A stretch of DNA of 64,000 bases from Malacoraja senta (taxonomy: Eukaryota): assembly GCA_038087875.1 (NCBI GenBank), contig CM076000.1, positions 1,302,001-1,366,000 on the forward strand. Direction: 5' to 3'. Every line of letters begins with the position of its first letter. The first letter of the stretch is position 1. Both the position numbers and the translations under genes were made by a program. Positions 1 to 15,025 of the stretch are shown here, piece by piece. The notes below the pieces were generated by a model. It worked only from the letters and a program-made list of their open reading frames with translations, did no database searches and had not been told where the DNA came from.

Positions 1-1401
1 TATTGGTGGTAACAACCATAATGCAGTTAGATCTAGTAGGCTTTTGGGAAAGGACAAAGATGAATCGGGTGTCAAAGATTTTGTGACGTTTCGGGTTGAG
101 ACCCTTCAGACTCGCTGAACTCTCGTCGGAGAGAGGAGGAGAACTTCAAAGTAGACATACCTTGAGGAGATTTTGCAGTGGAGCAGACAAAATGTGTAGA
201 AAAGAACTGCAGATGCTGGTTTAAACCAAAGATAGACAAAGTGCTGGCGTAAATCAGCATCTCTGGATAGATGGAATGGGTGATGTTTTGGGTCGAGACG
301 CTTCAGAGTCAAAGATTTTGGTTGGAGTAAGACCACCTTTTCTGGGTTGAAAGATGACTAGGCAAAAATGGAGTGAAAATAACTATGAGAAGGTAAGTTA
401 GTGCAAGAGGGAATTGCTGTAGGGTTAGAGGTGCAAATATTGCCACTAAGAAAAAGCTTGTTGCTAAGTCTGGACACTGCTTGATATCACGTTGAGTAGC
501 ATAAGATTAAAAAAGGTAAACTTATCAGATACCAACAGCTCAATACTGTAGAACAATTGGAGGATTATTGAAAGTGCAGGGGTGAAATTAAAGAAAGTCG
601 GAAGGAAAGACATGAAAAAATTGAGCCAGGCCCAAAGTTATTTTTAATATAGTGCAGTAGGATAACATAGGGCTTTTTTGGAGACTGAGAAAGTGATGTG
701 TGGACACAAAATACATAGATTTGTTCCAAATGAAAACTTTCACCATTCTTGGCAAAGAGGCAGAAATGAAGAAGCAGCAGCTGGTGAGAGGGGAGGGAGC
801 CGCAGGATGACCGAGTGCACCCTGTCGGTCGCAGCAGCCTGAATAAAGCGCTGTTGGCCAGGGGCTACAACATGAGCCACATCAACTGGACCATGCGGCT
901 ACTGGTGAAGGGATTGCTGGTGCTGATCAACGGCATCAGCACCTAGCTTTAAGGTTAAACAGCACAATGTGTTGGAGTAACTCAGCAGACTGAATCAGTC
1001 TGAAGAAGTGTCTCGACCCAAAACGTTACCTACCCATGTTCTCCAGAGAACCTGCTGAGTCACTCCAGCACTTTGTGTCATTTTGTGTATTAGCCAGTAC
1101 CTGCAGTTCTTTGTTTCTTATGATGATCCAACTTACATAAAATCTGACTTGCCTAAGGGTTTACGGAATGTAACCCTTGCGTGAGTTGGAGAGTGTCTGC
1201 ATTGTGCTGATGAGCTCAAGCCAAGCAGATGGATGAAGCACTCTGCTATTTTTGTCAATTCTCTGGCCTCAGAGTTGCAAAAGTGGAGCCTGAAAATCTG
1301 TTGCCTGCCATTTTCCTCCAGACTATTGATGTGGAAAATTAAAAAAAAAATCTTATACTGGATACATGCACCTGCTTCCTCAGGCGCCAGATGCTCTAAA
1401 A

Positions 1402-1634
1402 CAGGGTTCCCAACCTTTTTCGCCCCGTTTACCCGTGGCAACTTTAATAGCACATAACAATGTTATTTCACTTATTTTTCAACAACTAATGATGAACACA
1501 TACTGGTATACCAGCACCAAACACAGTCAGTTAATGAGAAAAATTATGTATAAATCCAGAATCAACAAATTTACCCCCTGGGTAGGCAAAATTTACTCCC
1601 TGGGGGTAAATTTGCCCCAGGTTGGGAACCCTTG
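1402..1634. mobile_element. hAT-Charlie-type MITE
   Basis: TIRs CAGGGTTCCCAACC / GGTTGGGAACCCTTG. 8-bp TSD CTCTAAAA at 1394-1401 and 1635-1642. Confidence 0.9.
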
Positions 1635-2199
1635 CTCTAAAAGATTATCCAGCCCTCTATGAAAATTAATGCAAATGAGATAACTGGATTATGGTGGATG
1701 AATAACAAAGGAAAAGCAGAACTAATACAGAAATTAATCTTCAGTAAACCACATGGTGAGATTCCAAAGAATACCAAAGAAAACATCACACTGGTTAATT
1801 AGGACTATTAATTAGTAGTTTATGCAAGATAAGTTGGCATGACTAACTGTGCTCGGAGCAAACATCATAGGGGAAAAGGAGAAAATTATTTTGAGTTCAC
1901 TTTTACCTGACATCCATTTCGATATTTATTACTGTAGTCTGTACCAAAGCAACAACTTGCTTTTGCATAGCTTTTTGCAGTAAATTACATTTCATAACAC
2001 CAGATGTCAGGCAAGAATTGACACTAATTTAAAATATTTGTGCAGCTGACCAAAAGATTTAGCTAAAGAAGATGCAGAATTAAAGAGATTAGGAAAGAAA
2101 GGTGGGAATTGGGGATGGGTTGCCTCTGAGCTGCAGGGAGACCAATATCCTTGCAGGGAGGTTCGCTAGTGCTACTTGGGAGGGTTTAAACTAGCGGCA

Positions 2200-4530
2200 G
2201 TGAGCTGGAACCAGAGGACTAGGTGAGAAATTGGAAAGAGTGATGGGAAGGTAGATGTTAGGACCAGTTAGTCTCAAAGGAAGGACTGGCTGGGAGAGGA
2301 GAAGGAGTATGTTGATGTTGATAAGCTGAAGTGTGTTTATTTTAATGCAAGGACTATTGTGGAGAAAGCAGATGGACTTGTCTGGATCAGTGCTTGGGAC
2401 TGTGATGTGGTCATTGCGGAAACGTGCTTGCATCGGTACATGGCTGGTGGCTCAATGTTCCGAGGTTTTAATGTTTCAGGTGTGGCTAAGAGGGAGGCAA
2501 AAGAGGTAAAGGAGTTGCGCTACTATTCAGGGAGACTGTCGCGGTGACAATTAGAGAGGACATACTGGAGGGTTCGTCCACTGAGGTGATTTGGGTAGAG
2601 CTTAGAAATAACAAAGATGCAAGCACTCTAATGGAATTAGATAGAGAAACATATGTAAACAGATTACTGAAAGATGCCAAAGCACAGGGCTGTCTTAGTG
2701 GGTGATAACTTTCCCAATGTTGACTGGGACTTGCTCAATGCCAAAGGGCAAAATTTGTAAGGTGTATTCAAGAGGGTTTCTTGAAACAGTTTGTGGATAA
2801 TCCAACTTTAGAAGAGAACATACTGGACTTTGTGCTGGGAAATAAGCCTGGCCAGGTGACTGGTGTTTCAGTGGAAGAGCAGTTTGGGCATAGTGATCAC
2901 AACTCCATTTGTTTTAAGATTGTTTTGAATAGGAAGAAGGCTGGACCTTGGGGGAGGTACTAAATTAGAGTAAGGCAAACTCCAATGTTATTAGGCAGTT
3001 GCTCACGAGGGTACATTACGGAGCAGTTGTTCTTGGGTACGTTCATGTATGACATGTGAGAATCGTTTAAAGACCAGTTAATCGATGTTCAGATCATCAT
3101 GTTCCAGTGAGGAGGAGGGATACAGGTGGCAAAGTAGGGGGACCTTAATTGACCAAAAAGGTTGTACATTTGGTTTAAGAGGATAGAATCAGACAGGGTC
3201 TTTCAGGAATATAAAGAAAGGAGGAAAGAACTCAAGCGGGTGACTAGAATAGCTAAAAGTGGCCACAAATGGCTTTGGCGAGCCAGATTTTAAAAATAAA
3301 CCTAATGCTTTTTGTACATGCATTAAAAACAAGCGGATGATCAGAGTGACGATAGAACCACTCACTGATAAAGGAGGGAAATTGTGCTAGGAGTCTGGGG
3401 ATGTAGCAAGGTACTAAACAAGTACTTTACACCTGTTTTCACCAAGGAGAAGGACATGGAAGAGAGTGAGATAAGTGTGGAGAATACTAATATGTACGGG
3501 CAATTTGTGATTAAGGAGGAGGAGGAGGTGTTGGGCTCTTGCAGAGCACTAGGGTGGGCTAAATGACTGAATTCTGCTCCAATGTCTTATGGTCCAATGT
3601 TGTCCCTTCATTTAAGAATGAAGTAGAGAGAATCCTGGGAATTATAGGCCTGAAAGGAAGTCATCGGAGAGAATTCTTCCGAATAGGATTTACTCCCAGT
3701 TGGAAGAGAATGGGTTAATTAGCATGGCTGAGTACACGGCAGTTTGTGTCTTACTAACTAGGTTGAGTTTTTGAGGAGGTGATAAACCTGATTGAGGGTA
3801 GAGTGGTGGATGTTCTCTACATGGATTTTAGTAAGGCATTTGATAAAGTCCTCCATGGTAGGCTGATCCAGAAGATGCATGGGATTAACAATGACTTGGT
3901 TGTATGGATTCAGAAGTAGCTCACTGATAGAAGGTAGAGGGTTGTGGTGGGGGGACAATATTCAGGCAGGTGGTCTGTGACCAGTGGAGTTTCGCAGGGA
4001 CCTCAGTGGGATATAGAACAGATACAAAAATGGGCAGGGAAATAGCAAGTGGTGTTTAATCTGAGCAAATGTGCAGTATTGCACTTTTGGAGGTCAAATG
4101 TAAGGGGAAAATGTACAATTAATAGCGCAGCCCTTAACAGCATTGATGTACAGAGGGATCTTTGGGTCCAAGCCCATAACTCCCTGAAAATGGTAATACA
4201 AGTAGAGTGGTAGAGTAGGCATATGGTATGCTTGCTTTCATGGGTCGAGGCATAGGACTTTCATTAGGCCATGTTAGAGGGCATAACTTTAAGGTGAGAG
4301 GGACAAAGTTGAAACAAAATGTTGGGAAATATTTTTTACACAGAAGGTGGTGCCTGGAATGCATTTCCGGGGCCGGTGGTTGAGGCTAATACGATAATGG
4401 CTTTTAAGAGGCTTAGAGAAGGAAACGGAAGGATATGGATTATGTGCAGGCAGATAAGAGCTGGTCTTGGCATCATGTTCAGAACAGATGTTGTGAACGG
4501 AAGGGCCTGTTCTTGTGCTATATTTTCTAT
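2200..4530 (+). mobile_element. Old degenerate CR1 LINE (ORF2 remnant)
   Basis: Fragments AETCL, GHSDHN, VFTKE, MDFSKAFDKV and a CR1-type 3' end. Confidence 0.85.
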
Positions 4531-5046
4531 GTAACTCCAGAATTTGGCACCTCGGTAGCTGAACGCAGTTGTCACGGTTGGGGGGGGGAGAGAGGGTAGG
4601 AGACCAGAATTGAAGAATGGAATCTGAGGCCATAAAGGGATTACAATAGTGGTTTAATGTACATTTAATGTATGTGGACAATGTTTAAAATAGGCTTGAT
4701 CTTTTAATTTATGTATTAAATATTTAGTAAGTTTTGAATAATTACAATGTAATTTCTCAGTTTTATGCATAATTTATGCATAAAGTTTAACTGCTTTCAG
4801 AGTAATTGCCATAAAACTTCTTATGCAGCAATCTGAGGTTTACGTTGAGGATATGTCTTCTCTCATATCCAGGCAGATTAACGGTGTTATGTTTGGCAGG
4901 AAAATAGGCCGAACAGTCTGTTCCTGTGCAGTACTGTTTTATCTTCTATACTTATATATGATTAATTCTTTGATTTAACAATTTAAAAAAACTAATTTTA
5001 CTGCATCAAAATAACAAAGGTCTTTACTTAATTTATTTTATAATAG

Positions 5047-5250
<204 letters not shown>

Positions 5251-5622
5251 TGAGTTCTATTCTTTTGTTTCTTCCCTTATTTTAGCACTACACCCCAAGA
5301 AATTAGCACAGAATGCACTACCTTGACAATCTTCAACATGTACGGACTTGAATAATGATGGATAGCTTGTGCTGTGAGGGATTTGTTTTAATGGTGTCTT
5401 GTTGATCCATCTGTCAATCCCAATTCTGTCTTCCTTTGACCTATTCACAGCATGAATTCGATTGATTCAGGAAGATTGATACTTAAAATGTATAGCATGT
5501 TAAAATTTAACTTATCTGTTAACTTCAAAAATACTTAAATTCTATAATTTGTTTTATTGCCAAACTCATCATGTCCAGGTGTGAATACAACTTACTGATT
5601 ACTCTTCTTGCTTACTTTGTAG

Positions 5623-5719
5623 GTTAACCACAGCTGTTGACCTTCCTCCAGAATTTATTCACCTCTATATTTCAAATTGTATCTCCACTTGTGAACAGAT
5701 CAAGGATAAATACATGCAG
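5623..5719 (+). CDS. CNOT11: CNOT11 penultimate coding exon
   Basis: ttgtag|G TTA ACC...ATG CAG|gtaatg; 97 nt, phase matches the previous exon. Translates [32 protein letters not shown]. Confidence 0.97.
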
Positions 5720-6479
5720 GTAATGAACATGTTCATTATTAATATTTTCCTGCTGTTAATGTGTGCTCCTTTGTAAATTGGATTTATATTCTCGTACACT
5801 ATTAGACGATGCCTCTATGGTTCAAACCACCCACCAGCTGGTTCTTCTCACCAGGCCTTTTTTCCAGTGTCCGCCACCTCCCTCCATCCTGCTCTCTGAT
5901 TCCAATCTTCAGGGGCCAGGCTTCACTCTCCAGGCGGGTTCCCGGTTTTGCAGCAGGCGAGTCAGGCCTGCGGTTTAGGTATGGCTGTCCTCACTCTGCG
6001 CGGTACGCCAGGGGACCACCTAGCTCTGATGAGTACCTACTGGGTTGGTCAGCTTTAAAGCATACATCAAGAATAGTTTAAATCATTTCTGCTGCTCCCC
6101 CTTTGACTAGCTTGCAGTAGACAAACTACTTACAGCATGTGTGATCGGTGGGGCTTTGAGGGTGATTTTTTTTCCTTTATGACCTTCCACTTTCCCATTT
6201 GGCCTGACTGTGTACCTTCAATCTTTTTCTATTTTTCTTATTCCGTCCTGCATTATTCTTATTCCACTACCCCACAGTGTGGCTCTCCCTCCCCTTTGAA
6301 GATCATGCAAAGAAAACATTTTGGTGCCCTTTATCTTGCAGAGTTATGTAAAGCATCAAGAACTTAACATGAGAAGTGGAAATAGAAATAGGCCATGCAG
6401 CCCCCTTGATCCTGACGGGGATCCCCAATCTCCCGATTCCCTTGGTGTCCAAATGTCTCTTTCCTGCCTGGAATATGTG

Positions 6480-7285
6480 AAACAATACAATACAATACAA
6501 TACGGTTTTATTCGTCACATTGCACATAAAGTGCAAGTGAAATGAATTTGCCAGCAGCGGTACAATGATAAAGAACACACAATACACAATAAAATTTTAA
6601 CACAAACATCCACCACAGCATTCATCACTGTTGTGGAAGGCACAAAATTTGGCCAGTCCTCCTCCATTTCCCCCCGTGGTCGGGTCTTCAACCCTCCGCA
6701 GCCGTCGCTGCAGGCGTCGAGATGTACAGACAGGTAAAAGTCCAGGTAAGTCCAGAGTCAGCTCTTCCCCACCGGAGACCGCGGCTTTAGGTTGGTGTAG
6801 GCCGCAGGCTGGCGGTCGAAGATTTAAAGTCCCCGCCGCGCCGCAGCCAGAAGCACCGCAGACTGCAGGGCCGGCGGTCGAAGCTCCCCTCCAGGGGTGA
6901 TGGTGAGTCCACGCCGGGCCCGCGGTAGAAGTAGGTCGCGGGCCGGCGGTGGAAGCTTCTTCTGGGTCCCCCACGGGGGATCCCAGGCTGCGGATGCCGC
7001 ACCAGCTGGAGCTCTGCAGACCGCGGCTTCAGGCTGCCGCGGGCCAGCGAAACGGAACGCTCCACTCCGGCGAGCCCCAGCGAGGGCTCGCCCGCTCCGC
7101 ACCGAGAGTTCACGCTGCGCCTGCTGCTGAAGCCCGGGCGCGTCTCCGGGAAAGGCCGCCCGATCCTCGTTGTTAGGCCAGGGGGGAGGCGACCTGGAAA
7201 AAGTCGCCTCTCCGTGGAGGAGGCGACCGAAGCGGTTTCCCCCTCACCCCCCCACACCACCCCCCACACAAAGAAACAATTGAGC
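6480..7285 (-). mobile_element. GC-rich non-autonomous retroposon with (ATTGT)n tail, in a CNOT11 intron
   Basis: (CAATA)n plus TTTATT at the left end, CpG-rich body, no coding motifs. Similar types at about 25595-26060 and 54380-54700. Confidence 0.55.
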
Positions 7286-8061
7286 ATATGCAGTGTTCCG
7301 AAGCAGGAATGCCAATCCTTTTTGTGATGAAATTCCTCCTTTTTGACCTTTAATTGGCTGGTCCCTTATGCTGTGTCTAGGACCCTATCTCTCCAGCTAC
7401 AGCAAATGGGCTCCACTACCTAGGGTTCAGAACCTCGCTTGTTGATATCAGTATATTTATCTAAACCCATTGCATCGTTAAAATTGCCTTTTAAATTTGA
7501 TACTCTGGTTTCTCATTGAATATTTTTTACATTCTTACAAGTTGCTTTTCCAGCTCTCTTTACTATGATGATTAAATCTGTTTCCCAAATACTCTGTATG
7601 AACTTAAATTATGGTGCTTGTCATGCTTAAATTTACCCCAGTGAACAAAATAGGATTTGGAGTGTGCTAATAGGACAGGGCACAGCTGAGCAGCTTTAGG
7701 CAGGTAAGCCACAGATAAACAAATTTAGAAGCACTGAGGTGCACTATAAGGCCAGAGAAATCAATACAGATACAGGGAGGGTTCAAATCGTAGCCAGATT
7801 TGAAAACCAGAATAGGACTCAAGTCAAGATGGTGCTCGATCAGTTACCTGTAGGTCAGCAAAATGAGGAAGATGGATTAATAAGACCTGGTGCAAATTTG
7901 GATATAGGCATCAACTGTTTGGATCTTCCAGTTCAAAGGGAGTTACGCTGTGAATATAACTGGGTCATTGATTGCATGGGAAGAAGGGTTAATTAGCCCT
8001 GCTGGTATTTGTGGAATTTTCCCTCTGAATCAATATTACTTGGTGAAATAAAGGATCAGTT

Positions 8062-8372
8062 TATTTTAGTTTTTAAGTTTAACGATGCAGCGTGGAAACA
8101 GACCCTTCAGCCCACCATGTCCATGCCAAAAAGCGATCCCTGTTCACTAGCACTATCCTACGCACTAGGGACAATTTAGTTTTACCAAAGCCAATTAACC
8201 TACAAACCTATACTTCTTTGGAGTATGGGAGACTGAAGCTCTTGGAGAAAACTCACGTGGTCACGGGGAGAACATAGAAACTTTGTACAGACAGCACTTG
8301 TGGTCAGGATCGAACCTGGGTCTCCTTCGCTGTAAGGAAGCTACTCTACCGCAGCGCCACTGTGTTGCCCTT
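8062..8372 (-). mobile_element. HE1-like tRNA-derived SINE
   Basis: tRNA-like head on the minus strand with CR1-type (TAAAC)n tail. Related copies at about 16705-16905, 34200-34420, 34700-34925, 36965-37265, 39880-40105, 53600-53745, 54705-54980, 57335-57540 and 63355-63670. Confidence 0.75.
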
Positions 8373-8507
8373 GTTTCAATTGTAATTTTGTGTAAGATAT
8401 ACTGCAGATCAATTGTATTAGGTTTATGTTTCTCAGTTTGAAAAATAGACTACCTGATAAATTTTAGCAACATCGCTCAAGTGTAAACTAACTCTGTTAT
8501 CTTTTAG

Positions 8508-8705
<198 letters not shown>

Positions 8706-9136
8706 AGGAAGGCAAGCTTCACAATGTAACTCGGGAATTCATTGGGAACTTCTATGTGATTTCAGTGCACGACTGAAAAATAACTAGTTTTGTTTCAAAA
8801 CCGTAAGCCTTTCGTAACCAGCAAGTTTACCCAAATGGGACCTGATTTATTTTCTTGTTATACAAGCATACAAACTGATACTGATTAGCATCTTGGTCAC
8901 ATTTTGGGAGGGTAGAGTTGTATAGCAAAGAACATCACTTTGCTGACTTCTATTTAATTTGGGGTATACTTTCTTTAAAAGAATACAACCAGTTTATTTC
9001 ATTTCTTGATGCTGTATGTATAAACATAGTGCAAGTTATATTAATGATTTAAAGTTCATGAAGTACCAAAGTAAAAGAAAGTGAACAATGTTTAAATTGA
9101 AACTTCATGGATATTGATTATAAAAGTTTTGTTTTA

Positions 9137-9142
9137 ATTAAA
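9137..9142 (+). promoter_or_regulatory. Candidate CNOT11 polyadenylation signal (ATTAAA)
   Basis: ATTAAA about 430 nt past the stop, in an AT-rich UTR-like stretch followed by T/GT-rich sequence. Confidence 0.4.
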
Positions 9143-9549
9143 ATGCTGAAATATGAAGCACCATTTACTTGGTTATTGATATTTGTATTGAGGGATATTA
9201 ATTGCTAATTTTCAGGGCAAACATGAGCTGCTCATTTTCCTGCGAGTACTTCACTTGCCAACAATCACATTCAGACAAATTCCGGGAGATGGAAAGTAAA
9301 TCATATATATTTCTGGCTGTTGGAAATGGTATGCTTGTTATAATATTTTTGGAATCTGGGCATCACTAGCAAGGTGAGCATTTATTACTCATCCATAATT
9401 GCCCTAATGGTGGCGGAGTCTCCTGGTGAAAGCATTTGAATGGCTATGTTCTCTTGCACAGAGTAACCCACTGGTAATAGGAATTACATGTTTTAGCGGT
9501 TACTGTAGCCTAAGTGTTAAACTATATAGGCAGCCACGTGTTACGGAAA

Positions 9550-9990
9550 TATGCCCTTAGCGGTTCGGGCCTGGACTTGCTGGAGTTTAGAAGGATACGG
9601 CAGGATCTCATTGAAACTTACTGAATTTAAAAAAAAGGCCTGGATAGTGGATGTGAAGAGGATATTTCCATTCGTGGGAGAGAGTAGGACCAGAGGGCAC
9701 AACCTCAGAATAAAAGCGATGAAGAGGAATTTCTTTACCCAGAGGGTGGTGAATCTGTGGAATTTATTGCCGCAGATGGCTGTGGAAGACAAGTCTTTGG
9801 GTATTTTTAAAGCAGAGATTGATAGGTTCTGGATTAGTAAGGTTGTCAAAGGTTACGGGGAGAAGTAAGAAGAATAGGGTTGAGAGGGACAGATAGATCA
9901 GCCATGATTGAATGGCAGAGTAGACTTTATTAGCGGCATAGACTCAAACTTGAAGTAGGACTGAATTGCCTGCTTCTGCTCCTATGATTT
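9550..9990 (+). mobile_element. CR1 LINE 3' fragment
   Basis: ESRTRGHNLRIK..NFFTQRVVNLWN motif. Confidence 0.85.
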
Positions 9991-10549
9991 CTGAACTAAC
10001 CAAATTCACAAATCACTATGCAAACATTTTTAGATATGGAATAAAATTCACTTTTATGAAGTGTGGGAAGAATACTGCAAAATAAATTGTCAGTTTTTAT
10101 TTTAGTTGATCAATACTGGGGGGGGGGGCAATAAGATTGATTGGATTGGCAGTCACAGCTGAGTCCTTGTTTGCAATACTTTCTCCAGTATGTGGACATG
10201 GGAAATGTCTTAAACGGTGCCCGTACAGTCTTCGACAGTCTTGGAATTTTAAACTGTTTTTCAAGACCTTGAAAGTCCTTGGATTTATCATAGGTCCTTA
10301 AGTCCTTGAAAATTCACGTTTCATGATAAAAGTATTAAATCATGCAGAGTATTGTGGCGTTTTTTCATAGTTTATAATGTGTATATTGATTAAAAATTAT
10401 GAAACATTGTTAGATATGTTTGCTAACAATGTTGCATGTAGGAGGGGAGGAGCACTAGGACCCAGCAGAGTCAGACCACGTGCTGTCTGCATCGTGGAGG
10501 TTGTGGGGCTGGTGCCTGGAACTCTGGTGAGGTGACGGCTCTGGCCCCT

Positions 10550-13067
10550 GTATTCTAAGACTGCGGCCCCTGGTTCTGGACTCGCCCAACATTGGGAACA
10601 TTTTTCCTGCATCTAGCTTGTCCAGTCCTTTTATAATTTTATATGTTTCTATAAGATTCCCCCTCATCCTTCTAAACTCCAGTGAATACAAGCCTAGTCT
10701 TTTCAATCTTTCCTCATATGACAGTCCCGCCATACCAGGGATCAATCTCGTGAACCTACGCTGCACTGCCTCAATCACAAGGATATCCTTCCTCAAATTA
10801 GGAGACCAAAACTGTACACAATACTCCAGATGTGGTCTCACCAGAACCCCATACAACTGCAGAAGAACCTCTACTCCTATACTGAAATCCTCTTGTTATG
10901 AAGGCCAACATTCCATTAGCTTTCTTCACTGCCTGCTGTACCTGTAAGCCAACCTACAAGGATGCCAGGGTCTCGCTGCCCAACTTGCCTAACCTAACCC
11001 CATTGAGATGATAATCTGCCCCCTTGTTTTTGCCGCCAAAGTGGATAACCTCACATTTATCTATATTATACTGCATCTGCCACGCATCTGCCTACTCACT
11101 CAACCTGTCCAGGTCACCCTGCAACCTCCTAACATCCTCTTCACAGTTCACACTGCCATCCAGCTTCGTGTCATCCGTAAACTTGCTAGTGTTGCTCCTA
11201 ATTCCCTCTTCTAAATCATTAATATATATGGTAAACAGTTGTGGCCCCAACACCAAGCCTTGTGGCACTCCACTCGCCACTGCCTGCCATTCTGAAAAGG
11301 ACCACTCCTACTCTTTGCTTCCGGTCTGCCAACCAATTTTCTATCCATGTCAACACCCTACCCCCAATACCATGTGCTCTAATTTTAGTCACCAGTCTCC
11401 CATGCGGGACCTTATCAAAGGCTTTCTGAAAGTCTAGATACACTACATTCACTGGCACCCCTTCATCCATTTTGTCACATCGTCAAAAAAATTCCAGAAG
11501 ATTAGTCAAGCATGATTTCCCTTTCATAAATCCATGTCGACTTGGACTAATCATTTTACTGCTATCCAAATGCCCCATTATCACCTCTTTAATAATTGAC
11601 TCCAGCATCTTTCCCACCACCGAAGTCAGGCTAACTGGTCTGTAATTCCCCGTTTTCTCACTCGCTCCTTGAAAAGTGGGATAACATTAGCTATCCTCCA
11701 ATCCACAGGAACTGATCCTGAATCTATTGAACATTGGAAAATGATCACCAATGCGTCCACTATTTCTAGAGCCACCTCCCTGAGGACCCTGGGATGCAGA
11801 CAAAGGGGACTATGAATTCAGGGGATTTATCATCCTTCAGTCCCATTAGCCTACCCAATACTATTTCTCGCCTAATGAAAATTTATTTCAGTTCCTCTAC
11901 CCCCTTAGATCCACTGTCCTCCAGTACATCTGGGAGATTGTTTGTGTCTTCCTTAGTGAAGACAGATCCGAAGTACCTATTCAACTCTTCTGCCATTTCC
12001 TTGTTGTCCATAATAATTTCACCCGTGTCTGCCTTCAAGGGACCCACATTTGACTTTGCTACTCTTTTTCCCTTAACATATCTATCCTTTATATTCCTGG
12101 CGAGCTTCCCTTCGTACTTCATCTTTTCAGCCCTTATTGCCCGTTTTGTTTCCTTCTGTTGTCCTATGAAAGTTTCCCAATCCTCTGACTTCCGGCTACT
12201 CTTTGCTGTGTTATACATCTTTTCTTTTAGTTTTATTCTATCCCTAACTTCTCTTGTCAGCCACGGTTGCCTCCTACTCCCCTTAGAATCTTTCTTCTTT
12301 TTTGGAATGAAATGACCCTGCGTCTTCCAGATTATGCCCAGAAATTCCTGCCATTGCTGTTCCACTGTAATTCCTGCTAGGATCCCTTTCCAGTCTACCT
12401 TGGCCAGCTCCCCTCTCATGCCTTCATAGTCCCCTTTGTTCAACTGCCTCACTGACACTTCCGATTTAACGTTCTCCTTCTCAAATTGCAGATTAAAACT
12501 AATCATATTATGATCACTACATCCTTTACCTTGAGTTCTCTTATCATATCTGGTTCATTGGACAACACTAAATCCAGAATTGCCTTTTCTCTGGTCGGCT
12601 CCATTACAAGCTGCTCTAAGAATCCATCTCGGAGGCATTCTACAAACTCTTTCTTGGGGTCCTGAACCAACCTGATTTTCCCAGTCTACCTGCATATTGA
12701 AATCCCCCATCACCACAGTGGCATTACCTTTGTTACATGCCAGTTTTAACTCCTGCTGCAACTTACACCCTACATCCAGGCTACTATTTGGGGGTAGTAG
12801 ATAACACCAATTAGTGTCTTCTTGCCTTTACAATTCCTCAACTCAATCCACAGTGATTCTACCTCGTCAGTCCCTATGTCTTCCCTCGCAAGGGACTGAA
12901 TTCCATCCCTCACCAGCAGAGCTACCCCCCTCTGCCCACCTGCCTGTCCTTTCTATAGGATGTATAACCCTGAATATTAAGTTCCCAGGCCCGATCCTCC
13001 TGCAGCCACGTCTCAGTAATCCCCACAATGTCATATCTACCAACCTCTAACTGAGCCTCAAGCTCAT
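10550..13067 (-). mobile_element. CR1 LINE ORF2 remnant
   Basis: Frameshifted EN/RT pieces: MGDFN, YLDFQKAFDKVPH, SGVPQG, FTDDTKL, RPHLEYCVQFWSP. Confidence 0.92.
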
Positions 13068-13634
13068 CTTGAGCCGCGGCAGTTTCGGTGGTCCGGGGAG
13101 GTGGTGAGAATCGGCAACCGCGGCAGTTCCAGTGGTCCGGGCCTGGGTTTGGCCAGGAAGGCAGTGAAGGTCAGAGAGGTGGTGGATGTTGTTGCTGCTC
13201 CTCATGGTGGCCATCTCGGCCTCGTGGTGGTCGGGCAGGCGGCGCCGCGGTCCACCTGTGGAGTAGAGTCGAGTGTCGGTGGAGGGACCAGTCTGGAGTG
13301 GGTGTGAGTGGGTGGGTGTGTGTGTTTGTAAAAAATTAGCACTGCAACACCGCTCACAGACTCCCCATGTATCATACAATAATGAAAAGTAAAATCTAAG
13401 CTTCAAGCTCATGTAGGTGGTTCCAATAAATAGGGAGTGTGGCTTCAACTGTCTGGAGTTTTCTAGGGCAAGTCTGTGGAGCAAGGTAGGACCACATGGC
13501 TAGCGTCACCATGATCACTAAGTCCAACAACATGTGCAGATCTGCCAGTGAAAAGTGTTGAGCTGAAAAAAGTGCAACAAAACATAGAAGACAAACTCAC
13601 TGAAATAAAAAACTTCTAAATAAGAAGAGCTTGA

Positions 13635-15025
13635 AAGATGAAATATGTTTATTGGCCAAGTATGTACACATACAATGAATTTGCCTTTGTGCTACGCTCG
13701 CAAGTAACAACACGACATACAGTAACAATTAAGAATGACACATAAAACATTAAAAATAAAACATTATAATTTAAGCATGTGAATGAAATAAAAAGCCAGA
13801 GCAAAAGGAGGCAACAGACTTTTGGTTATTGAGTAGAGCTACTGCTCGTCGAAAAAAGCTGTTTTTATGTCTGGCTTTGACAGTCCGGAATCGCCTTCCA
13901 GAGGGAAGTGCTTCAAAGAGTTTGTGGCCAGGGTGAGAGGGGTCAGAGATAATCTTACCTGCTCGCTTCCTGGCCCTTGCAGTGTACAGTTCGTCAATGG
14001 GGGGAAGGTTGCAGCCAACAACCTTCTCAGCTGATCGGACGATTCGCTGCAGCCTCCGGATGTCGTGCTTGGTGGCTGAGCCAAACCAGGCCATGATTGA
14101 GAAGGTGAGGACAGACTCTACGATGGCAGTATAGAATTGAACAATCATTGCCTGTGGCAGATTGTGTTTCCTCAGCTGCTGCGGGAAGTACATCCTCTGT
14201 TGGGCCTTTTTGACTGTGGGGTCGATGGTGGCCCCCCATTTCAGGTCCTTGGAGATGATGGTTCCAAGGAACTTAAAAGACTACAGATGTGACTGTGGTG
14301 TTGTTGATGGTGAGTGAGGGGAGGGGGAGATCTCCTAAAGTCTACTATCAATTCCACTGTCTATTGAGCTCCAGGTTGCTACGAAGGCACCAGGCCGCCA
14401 GCTGTGCCACTTCCTGTCTGTAGGCAGATTCCTCCCCATCCAGGATCAGTCCAATCAGGGTTGTGTCATCCGCAAACATGAGAAGCTTGACAGGAGTCTG
14501 TGGAGGTGCAGTCGTTAGTATAGAGAGAGTAAAGGAGAGGGGAGAGTACACAGCCTTGTGGTGCTCCTATGCTGAGGGTCTGTGGGTCCGAGATGTGCTT
14601 TCCCAGCCTCATGCTGCTTCCTGTCTGTCAGGAAGTTGGTGATCCACTGACAAGAGGGATTCAGGCACAGTCAACTTGGAGAGTTTGGAATGTAGTAGCT
14701 CTGGCACAATGGTGTTGAATGCAGAGCTAAAATAAACAAACACAATCCTTGCATAGGTCCCCTGGCGGTGTAGGTGCTGGAGGATGAAGTGCAGGCCTAG
14801 GTTGACTGCATCATCCACTGATCTATTGGCCCGGCATGCAAACTGCAGAGGGTCCATGATATTTTTCAGCCAGCACGTCTTTCAAGGGTCTTCATGACTA
14901 CAGAGGTCAGTGCGGCAAACCTGTAGTCATTAAGACCAGTAATCCTTGTGTTTTTGGGTACAGGGACAATAGTGGAGACTTTGAAGCAGGCAGGGACAAT
15001 ACAGGTTTGCAGGGACTGGTTGAAA
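13635..15025 (-). mobile_element. Rex1/Babar-type LINE, 5'-truncated
   Basis: DPLQFACRANRSVDDAV, FADDTTLIGLI and FYTAIVESVLTFSIMAWFG motifs. Confidence 0.85.

Noticed and set aside
6597..7287. Cluster of overlapping GC-rich ORFs or a CpG-island promoter
   Set aside because: Lies within a tailed retroposon-like repeat in a CNOT11 intron.
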